Below are positions 47,970 through 59,950 of a stretch of 64,000 nucleotides of DNA, piece after piece; position 1 is the stretch's first letter; every line of letters starts with the position of its first letter. Origin of the DNA: Pseudogymnoascus verrucosus (Eukaryota); NCBI GenBank assembly GCA_001662655.1, contig KV460235.1, one strand, 5' to 3'. The position numbers and the translations under genes were made by a program. The notes beneath the pieces were generated by a model that had not been told where the DNA came from, ran no database searches, and was given only the letters and a program-made list of their open reading frames with translations.

Positions 47970-48643
47970 GCGGGAATGCAAGCTATGGGAATGAGGTTTA
48001 CAAGGGCGGCGTCTTGCTGGCGTTGAGAGCAAAAGTAAAAGGGTTATACTACACTGTACAGTACAGGTTATTTAGTTGTATAACTAGATTAGGAATACCA
48101 GGTCGATGGAGGGTGATAACCCGAGACGTTTCATATTCTTGACCCTCGCGAGATCTGCGACGTGAGATCTGTGGTAGGAATATTTACTATGAACTATGAA
48201 GAGAATGAAGTATCCGGCGCTGGTACCATACGGTAATATGTTTGGGATGCGAAGACGAACAAGAACACTCTACCAGATATTATCGACATGGCGCATATCA
48301 TGCCGAATACGAAGACGAGCAACGCTAATCCAAATAAACAAGATCTGGGAAATCTTAAGGCACAATCACGTGACTATAGAAGCTGCAAGCCTTATTGGTG
48401 GGTGCTGGAGATGACAGGGATTAATCCGAAAACGAACATGGCGGGAACCCCCCTATGATTTTCAATTTCGCGTGGCTCCCGCTATCAGATGTTAAAATAT
48501 CCCCTTAAGAAGCGTCGCCCATCTCCCTGAAATTATTTTGACACCCCCCAGCTTACGTCCTTCTTTTCACACGATACCCCACCGTTACCTTTCAATCGAT
48601 CACTTATCTTACTTCTTCAATTGTCTAATACATTTTCGCTACA

Positions 48644-49928
48644 ATGCCGTCCGTACTTGAGACCGAGAACCATGTTCGCGACCAGGAGTTCGCGAAGGCC
48701 ATGCACGGCAAGTCTGCTGCTGAGCAGAACCACTTCATGGCCTGGATGAAGAAGGATAAGGGTGCCCAGAAGGAGGCTGTGGATGAGTACTTCAAGCACT
48801 GGGACAATAAGGCTGCTAAGGACGAGACTGAGGAAGTCCGTGAGGTAAGTTGCTATGTCGATCTGGGAAGTGAACAATACTGACAACGTCCATGAAGGCC
48901 AGAAGAGCAGAATACGCGACGTTGACCAAGCAGTAAGCACCTCTATCAGACGAAATATCGAACGAAGCCTAACAGAATACAGCTACTACAACCTTGCTAC
49001 CGACTTGTACGAGAACGGATGGGGACAGTCTTTCCACTTCTGCCGCTTCGCATACGGCGAGCCATTCAACCAAGCTATCGCTCGCCACGAGCACTACCTT
49101 GCACACAGCATTGGTATCAAGCAGGGCATGAAGGTTCTCGATGTTGGCTGTGGTGTTGGTGGACCAGCCAGGGAGATCGCCAAGTTCACCGGCGCCCACA
49201 TCACCGGATTAAATAACAACGACTACCAGATTGAGCGCGCAACTGCGTACGCACAGAAGGAGGGCCTTTCGAACCAGCTGAAGTTCGTTAAGGGTGATTT
49301 CATGGTATGTACTTCACAATCCCCCCAAAATATCTGTACTAACGTAAATTAGCAAATGGGTTTCCCAGAGGAGACTTTCGATGCCGTCTACGCTATCGAG
49401 GCTACCGTCCACGCACAATCGCTCGAGGGCGTATACCACGAGATCTTCAAGACCCTGAAGCCAGGCGGAGTCTTCGGTGTTTACGAGTGGCTCATGACCG
49501 ATAACTACGATGCAACCAACGTCAAGCACCGTGAGATCCGTCTCGGCATTGAGCAAGGAAACGGCATCTCCAACATGGTCAAGATCTCTGAGGGTCTCCG
49601 TGCCATCCAGGCTGCCGGATTTGTTCTGGAGATGCACGAGGATCTTGCAAAGCGTGATGACCCTTCCCCATGGTACTACCCCATTGCCGGTGATTTCAAG
49701 TACATGGGCAGCATCTGGGATTTCCCAACTATCGCACGTATGACAAAGCTTGGTCGTGGACTTGTCCACAAGTTCGTCTGGGGTCTCGAGTGCCTCAGGA
49801 TCGCACCACCAGGAACCAACAAGTCCGCTGACAACCTCGCGTTGGCCGCAGACATGTTGGTTGAGGGTGCCAAGTTGGACCTGTTCACCCCCATGTACCT
49901 GATGGTCGCAAGGAAGCCATTGAACTAA
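48644..49928 (+). CDS. ERG6: Sterol 24-C-methyltransferase
   Basis: [39 protein letters not shown] and LFTPMYL motifs; introns 48845-48897, 48933-48982, 49305-49352. Confidence 0.95.
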
Positions 49929-50544
49929 AGAGCAGCTGCGAAGAATAGGAGTTTGGGTATCGATTTAGCTGGGGGCATAGAATATTCATGTACAAAAATC
50001 AACTGCGGGGCCATTTCGGCATACACTTGGCCGCCTGTTTGCACCTGCATGGTAATAGTTAGTTTTCATTGTTCGGGGGTGATTTCCGGCGATGTTTTTC
50101 GGGGATCGATTGCCATGAGTTGAGTGCAGCGGAGTTGAGTACAGCGGCGCCCAATGTTACAGGTAAAGTAGCATAAATACGCAATAATAATATATAATAT
50201 GTGTCAAATCCTAGAGACTAAAGTTTCTGATCACCACCTGCTTTTGAAATGATAATATTGATATATTCCTCGTTGCCTATTATTACGTTTTAGTTGCTTT
50301 TTGTATCTCGGGCCTATTACTCCGTTACCCCAATTTAATCCTCGACAATATTCCTAATTTGGACTAGCGTTCTCCTCTTGTCCCAGCAATCTTTCCAAAA
50401 TTTGGCCCGTATCGCCGTTCAATCGCTCAACGACTCCAAATTCCGTGGGGAGGCAGATCTCGCAATTGCATTTCGACCTCACAACGATTCGTCCACCATC
50501 CTTAAGCTTTCCATCCCAAGCTTAAGGCCACACATATATACAAG

Positions 50545-51747
50545 ATGTCTCGACTGCTAAGGCCCGTTTCATCGCTGCTGTCGAGCAGGACAGCTCCTGT
50601 CGCGCGACGGGCATTCCGCCGCTCCGACCTGCCGCGTGTTGTGGCCGCACAATGGAGAGGCTATGCCAGCGGCGTCAAGGAGATGACGGTCAGAGAGGCG
50701 CTTAACGAGGCACTGGCGGAGGAATTGGAGCAGAACCCTAAGGTCTTCGTCCTTGGTGAGGAGGTTGCACAGTACAATGGCGCATACAAGGTCACAAAGG
50801 GTTTGTTGGACCGATTCGGAGACCAGAGAATTATCGACTCTCCTATCACTGAGTCTGGTTTCACTGGATTGACTGTTGGCGCTGCTCTTGCTGGACTGCA
50901 CCCAGTTGTGAGTTCCCCCTGATCCGTGATATCTCCTGATTTTACTCTGCTGTTTTGTTGGAGACGGATGCTGACGGAGTAATTGTAGTGCGAGTTCATG
51001 ACCTTCAACTTCGCTATGCAAGCCATCGATCAAATCATCAACTCTGCTGCCAAGACGCACTATATGTCCGGCGGTATCCAGCCCTGCAACATCACCTTCC
51101 GTGGGCCCAACGGCTTCGCCGCCGGTGTTGCCGCACAGCACTCCCAGGATTACTCCGCCTGGTACGGCTCCATCCCCGGCCTCAAGGTCGTCACCCCATG
51201 GTCCGCCGAAGATGCCAAGGGACTCCTCAAGGCCGCTATCCGCGACCCCAACCCAGTCGTCGTTCTCGAGAACGAGCTCCTTTACGGACAATCCTTCCCG
51301 ATGTCCGAGGAGGCCCAGAGGAGCGACTTCGTCATCCCATTCGGCAAAGCCAAGATCGAGCGCCAAGGAAAGGACCTCACCATCATCACCCTCTCCCGCT
51401 GCGTTGGCCAGTCCCTCATCGCTGCCGAGAACCTGAAGAAGAAGTACGGCGTCGAGGTTGAGGTTGTCAACCTGCGCTCCATCAAGCCTCTCGACGTTGA
51501 GGCCATTGTCAAGTCCGTGAAGAAGACCGGCCGCCTCCTGGCTGTCGAGTCTGGCTTCCCCTCTTACGGTGTTGGATCCGAGATCCTCGCCCTGACGATG
51601 GAGTATGCATTCGACTACCTAGAGGCTCCAGCCCAGAGAATCACTGGTGCTGAGGTCCCAACGCCTTATGCTAAGGAGTTGGAGGATATGAGCTTCCCCA
51701 ACGAGGATTTGATTGAGGCGTTTGCCAAGAAGATGTTGAAGCTATAG
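50545..51747 (+). CDS. PDB1: Pyruvate dehydrogenase E1 beta subunit
   Basis: Mitochondrial presequence; [40 protein letters not shown]; intron 50908-50988. Confidence 0.96.
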
Positions 51748-52505
51748 GGATGAGGGAATGAAAGGTGAAAAGAAGGAGCGATAGATATGTATTTGTAAAG
51801 GTAGCGTGGACAGGAACTGAGCTAATTAAATATGATCCATCGCAGTGCTCATTTTATCTCTTTAGCTTTTGAGTATGTGTATATGATGCTCTTCACCCTT
51901 CTTGACAGATAACTTTCTTGACCTATAATTGAAGCTGCAACGACTTGTATGAGGAGTATGAGGAGTATACAAGACACATATCAATTGCTTGACCTACTCC
52001 TATATAGCGCGAGATAGTCACCGAGAACGGGAATTCCCTTCGCTGCTACGAATCATCCTAAAGCTTCTCATTCAAAGGGCCCGCACATTTTAAATACTCC
52101 ACCTTGAAAGGATCAATCACCTTTCCAGCCACAGTGGCAACATTATAACATAGCGGCCTCAAGCGGCCCTTAAACGTCCCCAAAGCTCTAGAGATGGTAC
52201 ATGCACTGCTTTCATCCGCCGTCAACTTTCTCCTTCCCAGTCAACACCTTGAAACTCGTGCCTCACTTCAGCCTTGTCTGATTTAGAAGGGACTCTACGA
52301 AAGCAAAACGAGGCTCCAAAGAAAAATAAATCAACGACACTACGCTATATTTGTTCGATCAATATCTCTTTAAACCCCGGAGTCAGTTTGGAAGACCTCG
52401 AACTGAATCTGTCCAACAAGCTAAAGTCTCCAATCAAGACTACAACTAAGGCCCCAAGCACGCCGCCCGATAAACAAGATCATCAAATATAAAATGGCAA
52501 AAAAA

Positions 52506-52624
52506 ACATACAACAGTGGGTATTCGCTGGTGGTCACCCACCCAACTACTAATCCACCGATCTCAAGCTTGTGTATGGCAGAGCGGACGGGATGCCCAAT
52601 TCTCTTGAGTCTATGGTCGTATGT
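52506..52624 (-). rRNA. Dispersed 5S rRNA gene (119 nt)
   Basis: Reverse complement ACATACGACCATAG...CCCGTCCGCTCTGCC...TTAGTAGTTGGGTGGGTGACCACCAGCGAA...CTGTTGTATGT followed by an oligo-T Pol III terminator; upstream TATATATA at 52647-52654; paired CTCAAG/CTTGAG helix. Confidence 0.95.
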
Positions 52625-53289
52625 GATTATTCTTCTGTTGGAAGAGTATATATACCCCTTTCTATCCTGGTATGTGTACCGTCAAATGAAAAACGCGAGG
52701 GTGGAATGAATGGCGTCGTGGAAAAAGAAGGCTTTAGCGATGAATACACGCAAACAACATACATATAAATATCAAGCACTCACTACTAAAGAAAAGTTAC
52801 TCCCTAGGTTCCTAAAAATCCCATCACATTATCCTCTATCCTATCATCATCGTCAAAAACCTCACCTATTCCCCCTATGCCCTCCCCCATTTCCTCTCCC
52901 CTCCCCCTGTCCCACTTCATGTGATCTGTATTTTATTTTTACACGGAGCGGGACCCGAAAAGATCGTGAATAACCGGGGTTATGCATTGGTTTGGACCAA
53001 GGTGGGATAGGAATGGTGTGATGGGGACTGAGATGACAGCGGGTCCGGGAATGTTGGAAGAAAAGGAGCAGCCAACCCCCACCCTGATCCTCTACCTAAT
53101 GATCCTCACCCAATATATATAGGCCGACCATAGGCCTTTCTAGGCCCCTCGGCCCGTGGTTTGGATGCCTGGTCACGACTCGCACCTTACATCGTGACTG
53201 GCACTGGCGCCGCATTCGTCTGGTGCGTGGGTTAACCCTTTACAATATATCTTAGTAAGGGCTGTAGACTGGACTATATCAGGCCGCGC

Positions 53290-54996
53290 TTATAATAAAC
53301 CACGTAAAGGTATTTTCGAAGTTGTGTGCAGCGTACGTTCATCAACCTTATAAGCATTAGTGTTGTTTTTGTGTCCCGTAAGGGGTGGGAGAGATATGAT
53401 GCCACCAGAAGCTTCATTGTGGAGTCGAACCGCAGTTCCATTGCTCTTCCATTCATCAACCTTGTCATGTCTAGTCGACCAAATACCTGACTTCCCTTGC
53501 GAAAGAATCCCATTAGGGTCTAAAAGCTCCTTTAATCCAGTAACAAACTTATTTAACGCTCCATCATTGAAATCGAAATGAGAAGCGATCTTACTCATAT
53601 AGTCTATATGCGTCCGATACTCTGAAGTCTGATGCTCCTCGTGCGCCTGAACCATCAACTCCTCGTACAGAGCATCGGCCCGTCTTCCCTCAGTGGGACC
53701 GTACACCATTACAACAATAGCGATAGTATACCTGCCGTAGCAATGGAAATCCGCAAAAAGATCAAAATTTTCTTCCGAGATTCGTTGACTGGCGAATTTG
53801 TACCACTCGTAGAGCTCCTTGCCTCCAGGTGGGAAAAGAGGAGAGAAACAGATATGTCCACCGCCATAACCTCGCGTATCCATCATCGGTAATGCTGAAA
53901 GGCGTGGGAATCCATTGTGTGGAATCTCGAACTCTGGCATGTCTCTAATTTTTAAGCGTTGGCCGCGTTTCGCTTCGTGATAGTCGGCCCCAAATTTCAC
54001 CCCGGGAACACCTTCGAAGGCATCTTGTACGCTTTCCCATGAAGTGTCAACAGCGGCTTTGGATGGTCCGTAAATGGCAAACATCCCTTTCCAGAATCCT
54101 CGTTCCTTGGTTAGGTTCAATCTATCGAGGAGTTCGCGGCTGGCGTGACCACCTTGAGAACCTGGCGCAAGGACTTGTTGAAGAATTGCTGGGTTTTCTG
54201 AGACGGCCATTTGTCGGAAAAGATTTGAGATTGTTGGATGATTCATGATGACGGATTCTCGTTGCAGACGAGAAAGGGTGCCGTTTAGAATACCTAAATC
54301 AAGCTTCCTCTGGAACACTGACTGAACAATCCATATATTGCGTTGGGGCGGGGGTCATGTGGATACCGAGCTTAGTAACTACGCCTGAAAAGGGGTTAGA
54401 CATTTGTCCCAAGAATGAAGACTTCTCTTTGACTGGTAGAAAAGGCTATCAATTCCAGGACCATACCCGCTGCGCGTTGTAAGTAAATTGAAACTGGGAG
54501 AGAAGTTGTGGACTCACCCTTTAAAGAGTGGACCCATGGTACAGTCCTTCTTCGCCCACATGCCTGTCCTAACGATCTCGCCATTGGATAACACAATCTC
54601 CATACCACATTGTTGCTGAGAATGTTCTCCATTTGGCGTGTAGCCGAATCCACGCTCGAGTACATTCCCAAGCACTGAACCCCAACCAAGCGCAGGTACC
54701 GATGGCCATAGATTATAGTCGTTCTTGTCTATATATTCGAAGAGGTCGAAAAAAGATACTCCAGGCTCTACCACGGCGTATGCGTATTCATGGTTAACCT
54801 CGATAATTTTGTTCATTCGGTGAAGATCTAGAACAACGGTGCCTCTAACGACAGGTGCAGAACCGCCATAGCTGCGATACACGTTAGTTATATCTTAATA
54901 TGCGTGCATCGTTCCGAATTGAAATTTGGTGTAGTTCAGATTCTTAACTTACCCCAGATTCTTGCCTCGGGATAGGGTCCAGAGAGGCAACTTATA
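53290..54996 (-). pseudogene. Vanillyl-alcohol oxidase / p-cresol methylhydroxylase-type flavoprotein pseudogene
   Basis: LPLWTLSRGKNLG|YGGSAP, VVLDLHRMNKI, AVVEPGVSFFDL, GSVLGNVLERGFGYT, GYGPGIDSLF, EYRTH, LDPNGILSQGKSGIW; N-terminus not found; donor after YQS lacks GT; frameshift near 54300 (VPEEA* versus DLGIL). Confidence 0.82.
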
Positions 54997-55729
54997 GTAT
55001 AATGCTAGATTTTATTGAGAGTAGCCTAGTATCGGCCTAACGTACTCTAAAACGAAGAATTACGAAGACTTAGTTTGGAGAAATGAAATAGAATGTTTAT
55101 GGTACTTATATGTGTTCCGGCCCAACCACGAAATATGCCCGCTCGTGAGCTGGCCGGCCCAACCACGAGCGGGGTAAGTGGCGGGTAGAACGTAGAAAGC
55201 CCTTTAAATTCAACATACCCCATTATATACTGTATAGTAATAGCAATTATGGCTACTATTACTTCAATAAACCCATTTCCACACGATGTGCGTACTGCTT
55301 TCGAAGCCTATATTAATAGTATAACCTATCATAATCGAGAGCTATTTTCAGACGAAAAGCAGAGCTGTATGCGCACTATACTCAAAGATATAGCAGCCTA
55401 TATACCACTAAATAAAGAGGCTGTTAATCTTAAACACTGTACGATATTGAACTTTACACTTGTTTATAATGAGCTATATAGAAAGAGTGATACAAGACAT
55501 CCTACTTCTTAATATATAGTTTAAAAAGCAGAGGTGTTTAATGTTATTACATAAGAGCACCTAAAGCTTCTACATGTAGGCTAGAATAAGGTATAGCCTA
55601 CTATTAAGTAATAGTACTATGGAATAAAGCGTGAGGATGTAGAGTTTATACTTAAACGGTGTAAGAATTGCACCTTAAACTAACTAAATACTATAAAAGC
55701 TCCCTTAGTTCCTATTATTATAGGGTGAG

Positions 55730-55951
55730 TGTAACGCGTAAGCCTAGGGTCTTACGGGAGTCTAGGGAACTAGGTTAGGAGGTAGAAAGGAATCGTATTT
55801 AGTAAGTACAATAGGTCTACGTAGATATAGCAACTATTAACTAGAGGCCTTAGTCCTACGCCTCTAGTCCCTTTTATGTTAGGTCTCCTAGTTTTACTAA
55901 GCCCTACTATGTCCTGCACGTAGGGGCGTCCTCACGTGACGCCCCTTTATA
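55730..55951. mobile_element. Solo LTR (222 bp) nested in the transposase
   Basis: TGTAAC...TTATA ends (TG..CA with a C>T change); 5-bp TSD GTGAG 55725-55729 / GCGAG 55952-55956; removal restores the integrase frame (III-G-R-A-x-E-x-VQI). Confidence 0.8.
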
Positions 55952-56574
55952 GCGAGCATAGGAGTAGGTTCAAATTAATCTAATTAATATGCACTATAAG
56001 CCTTTAGGACAGTATAAGTGGATTCTTTATATAAAGGATCACTTCTTAAAGTATACATAGCTATATCCATTAAAAAGCAAGCACGCAGAGCCTATTGCAG
56101 AGTACTTTGCTTAATTCATTACAGCTTTCTTACCTCCTAAGATTATGCAAGCTAATAATAGGAAGGAATTTAAAGGGGCTCTCCTTATTCTACTCTAGAA
56201 GTATAGAATATATGTAGTAAATGGAGCACTATAATCACTATAAACGCAAGGCCTAGTTAAGTAGGCAAATGGAGTTGTTAAGAATAAGCTATAGGCATGG
56301 AAAATGGACCATGGGTCTATAGAGTGGAAGGATGGGCTGCTTAAGGTTACACTTGCAATGAACACCTAAATCCACTCTACAATTAGGTATGCGCCAGCTA
56401 AACTACTATTCTAAGACAGGAGCTCTCATATTAACTGGCTTAATAGCTAGGCCTAGAAGGATCTCTTAATTAGAGTTGAGCAGGAAGACCTAACGATGGC
56501 ACCGATTTTTAAGAGTGAGCTTGATCCCAAAGCTCTAATTGACCCACAGCTCCGCCGAGCGCTAGAGATCTCAA

Positions 56575-56680
56575 TTGAGCTTAGAATTGAGAGCTCCCAC
56601 TCTAAGCCAGAGCTTAGAATTGAGCTTAGAATTGAGAGCTCCCACTCCGAGCCAGAACTCGGAATTGAGCTCGGAATTAA
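56575..56680 (+). repeat. Internal tandem repeat (about 45-bp unit built on a GAGCTTAGAATT 12-mer) within the transposase
   Basis: Encodes IELRIESSHSKPELR IELRIESSHSEPELG IELGI. Confidence 0.75.
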
Positions 56681-57860
56681 GCTCTGGTGTGGGACCTGGG
56701 CTCGCGTGCCAGCTCAGCATAGGACTAAGCTTTAGGCTACACCCAACCCTATAATTAAGAGAGCTATAGCAGCTACTCAACGGGTAAGGGTTGCAATGAT
56801 ACGGAAATACACTAAGAAGCACGATATTTAGCACTTTGATATAGGAGTAATAGTCTCTATAAAGGTGCCTTAAGAGGATGGAACCTCAACTAATAATAAG
56901 AGGCTATTTGCACGAATTCTAGAAGAGCCTTACCCTTATAGGTATTAGATTCTTATAGCTTCTAGTATTATACAACGCCTTATTCCTACTAAATCACTTA
57001 GAGTTATAGAGCGAGCTCTATAGGGTAATATAGTAATTCCTACTTCTATAAAGGAAGTAACACTAGGGCGTGTAGCTAGGGAGGCTTCTATAAGTGCACG
57101 GGTTAGAATATCTTGCTAGTGCAAACAGCAGTGTGGTACAAAGCGGTGCCGGTGCTATAAGGAAGCAAAGGAGTGTAGCGTACACTGTCATAATGATGAC
57201 CATAACTGTGGGAATTTATCAGGCCTTGCTACTCGTACAGAAATAGCTTTAGTTAAGAGGCCTCGTCGGAAACGAGCACGGGTAGACACAGCTGGAAAAG
57301 TAGCTATATAGATCAATTGATTACTTCTATTTCCAATTACTCGTGGTTGGGCCGGCCAGCTCACGAGCGGGCATATTTCGTGGTTGGGCCGGAACATATG
57401 TAACATCGTCCATATCGATCGATAACTAATGCGTCCCCTCCCGGCAAATTACCGGGGCCGGGGCACGATCGGCTCGCACGTACCACGATCCGGGGAACTG
57501 TGAACCCATCCGCGTATAATCTTGGCTTGTTCGAGTGACATCCACAAAAGCGGTTACTACTACGTCGGTTTTAAAGCTTCGGAATTGATAGGTAGGCTAG
57601 ATGCCGACAGAAAATAAAACAGGATAATTTATCATAACCAGGCTTTTGGTGGTGTGTCGGCAATTTAAAACAGCCGTCAACTTAGTTAGAGAGGATATAG
57701 GGGTTAGCTTACTGTGAAATACATACTCTGACAGCAGCGAAAACGCATTTTAAAAGGGTATCATGGCGAGAAACTTAGGACACAAGATATGGAGTTGAAG
57801 AAAACGACACATGCTGACGAGGCTTGAGGCTTTGACTATAATATCTAGCTCCGTACAAAA

Positions 57861-59462
57861 CTACTCGTTGAGGATGATAGTCTTTGTATGTACGAATTCA
57901 TCCAAACCCCAAGAGCCTCCAAAGCGGCCCCAACCGCTATCACCATGACCCCCGTGCGGTATTGTCGGCTCATCATGAACAGTGGCGCCGTTGATATGAA
58001 TAGCACCAACATTTAGGTCTTTCGCTATCATCATAGCCCGGTAGTGATTCCTAGTAAAGATGGCAGACGATAGTCCGAACGGGCAGTCATTGATGATCTT
58101 CGTGGCTTCACTTATGCTGTCAAATATCTGCAAACCTAACATAGGCCCGAACGACTCGGCGTGGTAGAAGTCCATAGATGGAATCATGTTATCGACAATA
58201 GTGGCTGGGATGATTGATGGGTCGGTATCATCTCCCGTAGTAATGTCTGCGCCCTTCGCGATGGCATCGTTGATGAGTGCACGTAGTCGCTCAGAGCTTT
58301 TAGTGGTGATGACTGCACTTATATCAGAGCTTGCTTTCTTCATGAGAACAATCAATTTCTTCCGATATGCCGCAAAGACTGAACGTGACACGAGCACGGT
58401 GTCAGTCGACATGCAAATCTGGCCGTTCTATGTCTTCTTAGCGCGTTTTCATTGGTGGGTTGAAGAACGAGAGAGCTAGGGATTCGTACATTTAAAAAAG
58501 CACCTTCTAGTGTTAGTCGTGCACTCTTATCCAGGTCGGCATCGTCAAGAATAATTGCAAAATTCTTTCCTCCAAGCTCAAGTAGGACCGGCTTTAACGA
58601 AGCAGCCGCGCGCGAAGCGATCAATCGTCCAACCGGCGTAGAGCCAGTGAAGTTGCATTTCCGAACAGCCGGGTGGCTGATCATCGTTTCGTATGCTGCT
58701 GATGCTTCTTGGGGTCGATGCATGATGAAATTCAGAACTCCTGGTGGAAAGCCAGCGTCTTGGAAAAGCTGGGCGATAAAATAGTGAACTCGTGGACTGA
58801 GTTCTGAGCCCTAGTTCTGAATATCACCAACTAAACTTTGGAACGAAGCACACGACAGGTTTGTTACCTTTAGAATTGCAGTATTGCCAGCTGCTATTGG
58901 CGCAACGACAGCACGAAATCCCAAGATCAGTGGTGCGTTCCATGGGGCAATCCCCAGAATAACACCCATTGGTTCCTTAAATACCAGAGCAGGTGCGTTG
59001 TGATTTCTAGTTATAGGTATGGTCCCTGAAAGTGCATCGGATGTAACCAAAGCTGCGGCTTCGTCAATTAGACCAAGAGAATCTTGCAAGTTGATATGCG
59101 ACCATAATTTAGAACAGTTGATCTCTTCCTCTATTATTTCTCTCACGTCGTCGCCACGCACTTCGAGCAGCTGCGAAGTAAATTTCAGTAAACTGACGAT
59201 GGCGACTTTGCATATATCTACTCACATGTTTAAGCTGCTGGAAAAGCTTTCGTTTCTGATCTGCGTCTGTTCTCTTCCATGATGGGAACGCTTTTGCACA
59301 CGATTCGACCGCACGCAAACACGTCTCTGTACTCGCTCCCTGGGCGAATGCTTTCTTCGGCGAAGGTTTACCGCCAAAGCGGTTCGTCTCAAAGACAAAC
59401 TCTACATCTGTTGTGACATCAAGGCCATCAATTATCAATGGTACGATATCGTCGCTCTTCAT
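57861..59462 (-). CDS. Aldehyde dehydrogenase, vanillin/salicylaldehyde dehydrogenase-like
   Basis: EPMGVILGIAPWNAP, LK|GSELSP, NFTGST, LELGGK, NGQICMST, ESFGP, TVHDEP..GWGRFG; three canonical introns; appears intact. Confidence 0.88.
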
Positions 59463-59950
59463 CTTGCAATAGAACGAAGTAAATGTTGAGCAATATGCGT
59501 CAACTACCCTTTTACTCCAGCTTAGTCTCTAGGTGCTATAGCCGGCTCCCTATAGTGGTAATTCCCTTTCATTTATGCCAAGATTCTGAAAGAAGCTAGG
59601 CGTTTGTAGCCGCTATATCCCCGAACTCCTCCTCCCCAAGACAATTTTTCAACCTTCATGTAAAGGCTTTTACGGTTCGGTTCGGGATGTGTAACTTATT
59701 ATAGATTACAGAGACCGCATGTTCAGCTTAGCACATAAATTTCTCATATCCTCTGTAATGAAACAATTATCCACGATAGGTCGTCGTCCAAGCAATTGTA
59801 TATATTCAAAACTTATTGCAACGGCATTTCTACATCCATAACTAAATAGACCAAGTTCGAATGTGAAGCTCCATTTTATTTCATACTTCTGAAAGCTAAG
59901 TAAAAGCCAACAATGATTCCATTTGTCCGATTTATACCATATTAGGGCTT

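Larger units (their letters stand above)
55249..57311 (+). pseudogene. Degenerate integrase/transposase of the TIR element
   Basis: H..H(VG)...CKNC Zn region; YKWILYIKDHF, PKIMQANNRKEF and TQGLVK*ANG DDE-core remnants; C-terminal C*CKQQCGTKRCRCYKEAKECSVHCH; many TAA/TAG stops. Confidence 0.85.
55113..57396 (+). mobile_element. Ginger2/TDD-like DNA transposon with retroviral-type integrase, RIP-inactivated
   Basis: Perfect 57-bp TIRs at 55113-55169 and 57340-57396 (TGT...ACA); TATG TSD at 55109-55112 and 57397-57400; internal integrase relic. Confidence 0.85.

Noticed and set aside
51750..52490. Possible decayed gene between PDB1 and 5S
   Set aside because: Only short open stretches and no recognisable motif.
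52506..52624. 5S gene disrupted by a 5S-targeting insertion
   Set aside because: The gene is full length, with terminator, upstream TATA and paired helices.
55107..55112. Reading the TIR element as Tc1/mariner with a TA TSD
   Set aside because: That boundary needs two TIR mismatches, whereas TGT..ACA with the TATG TSD is exact and the protein is of retroviral-integrase type.
56575..56680. Repeat array resembling CRISPR
   Set aside because: Eukaryotic context, no unique spacers, and it lies in frame within the transposase relic.
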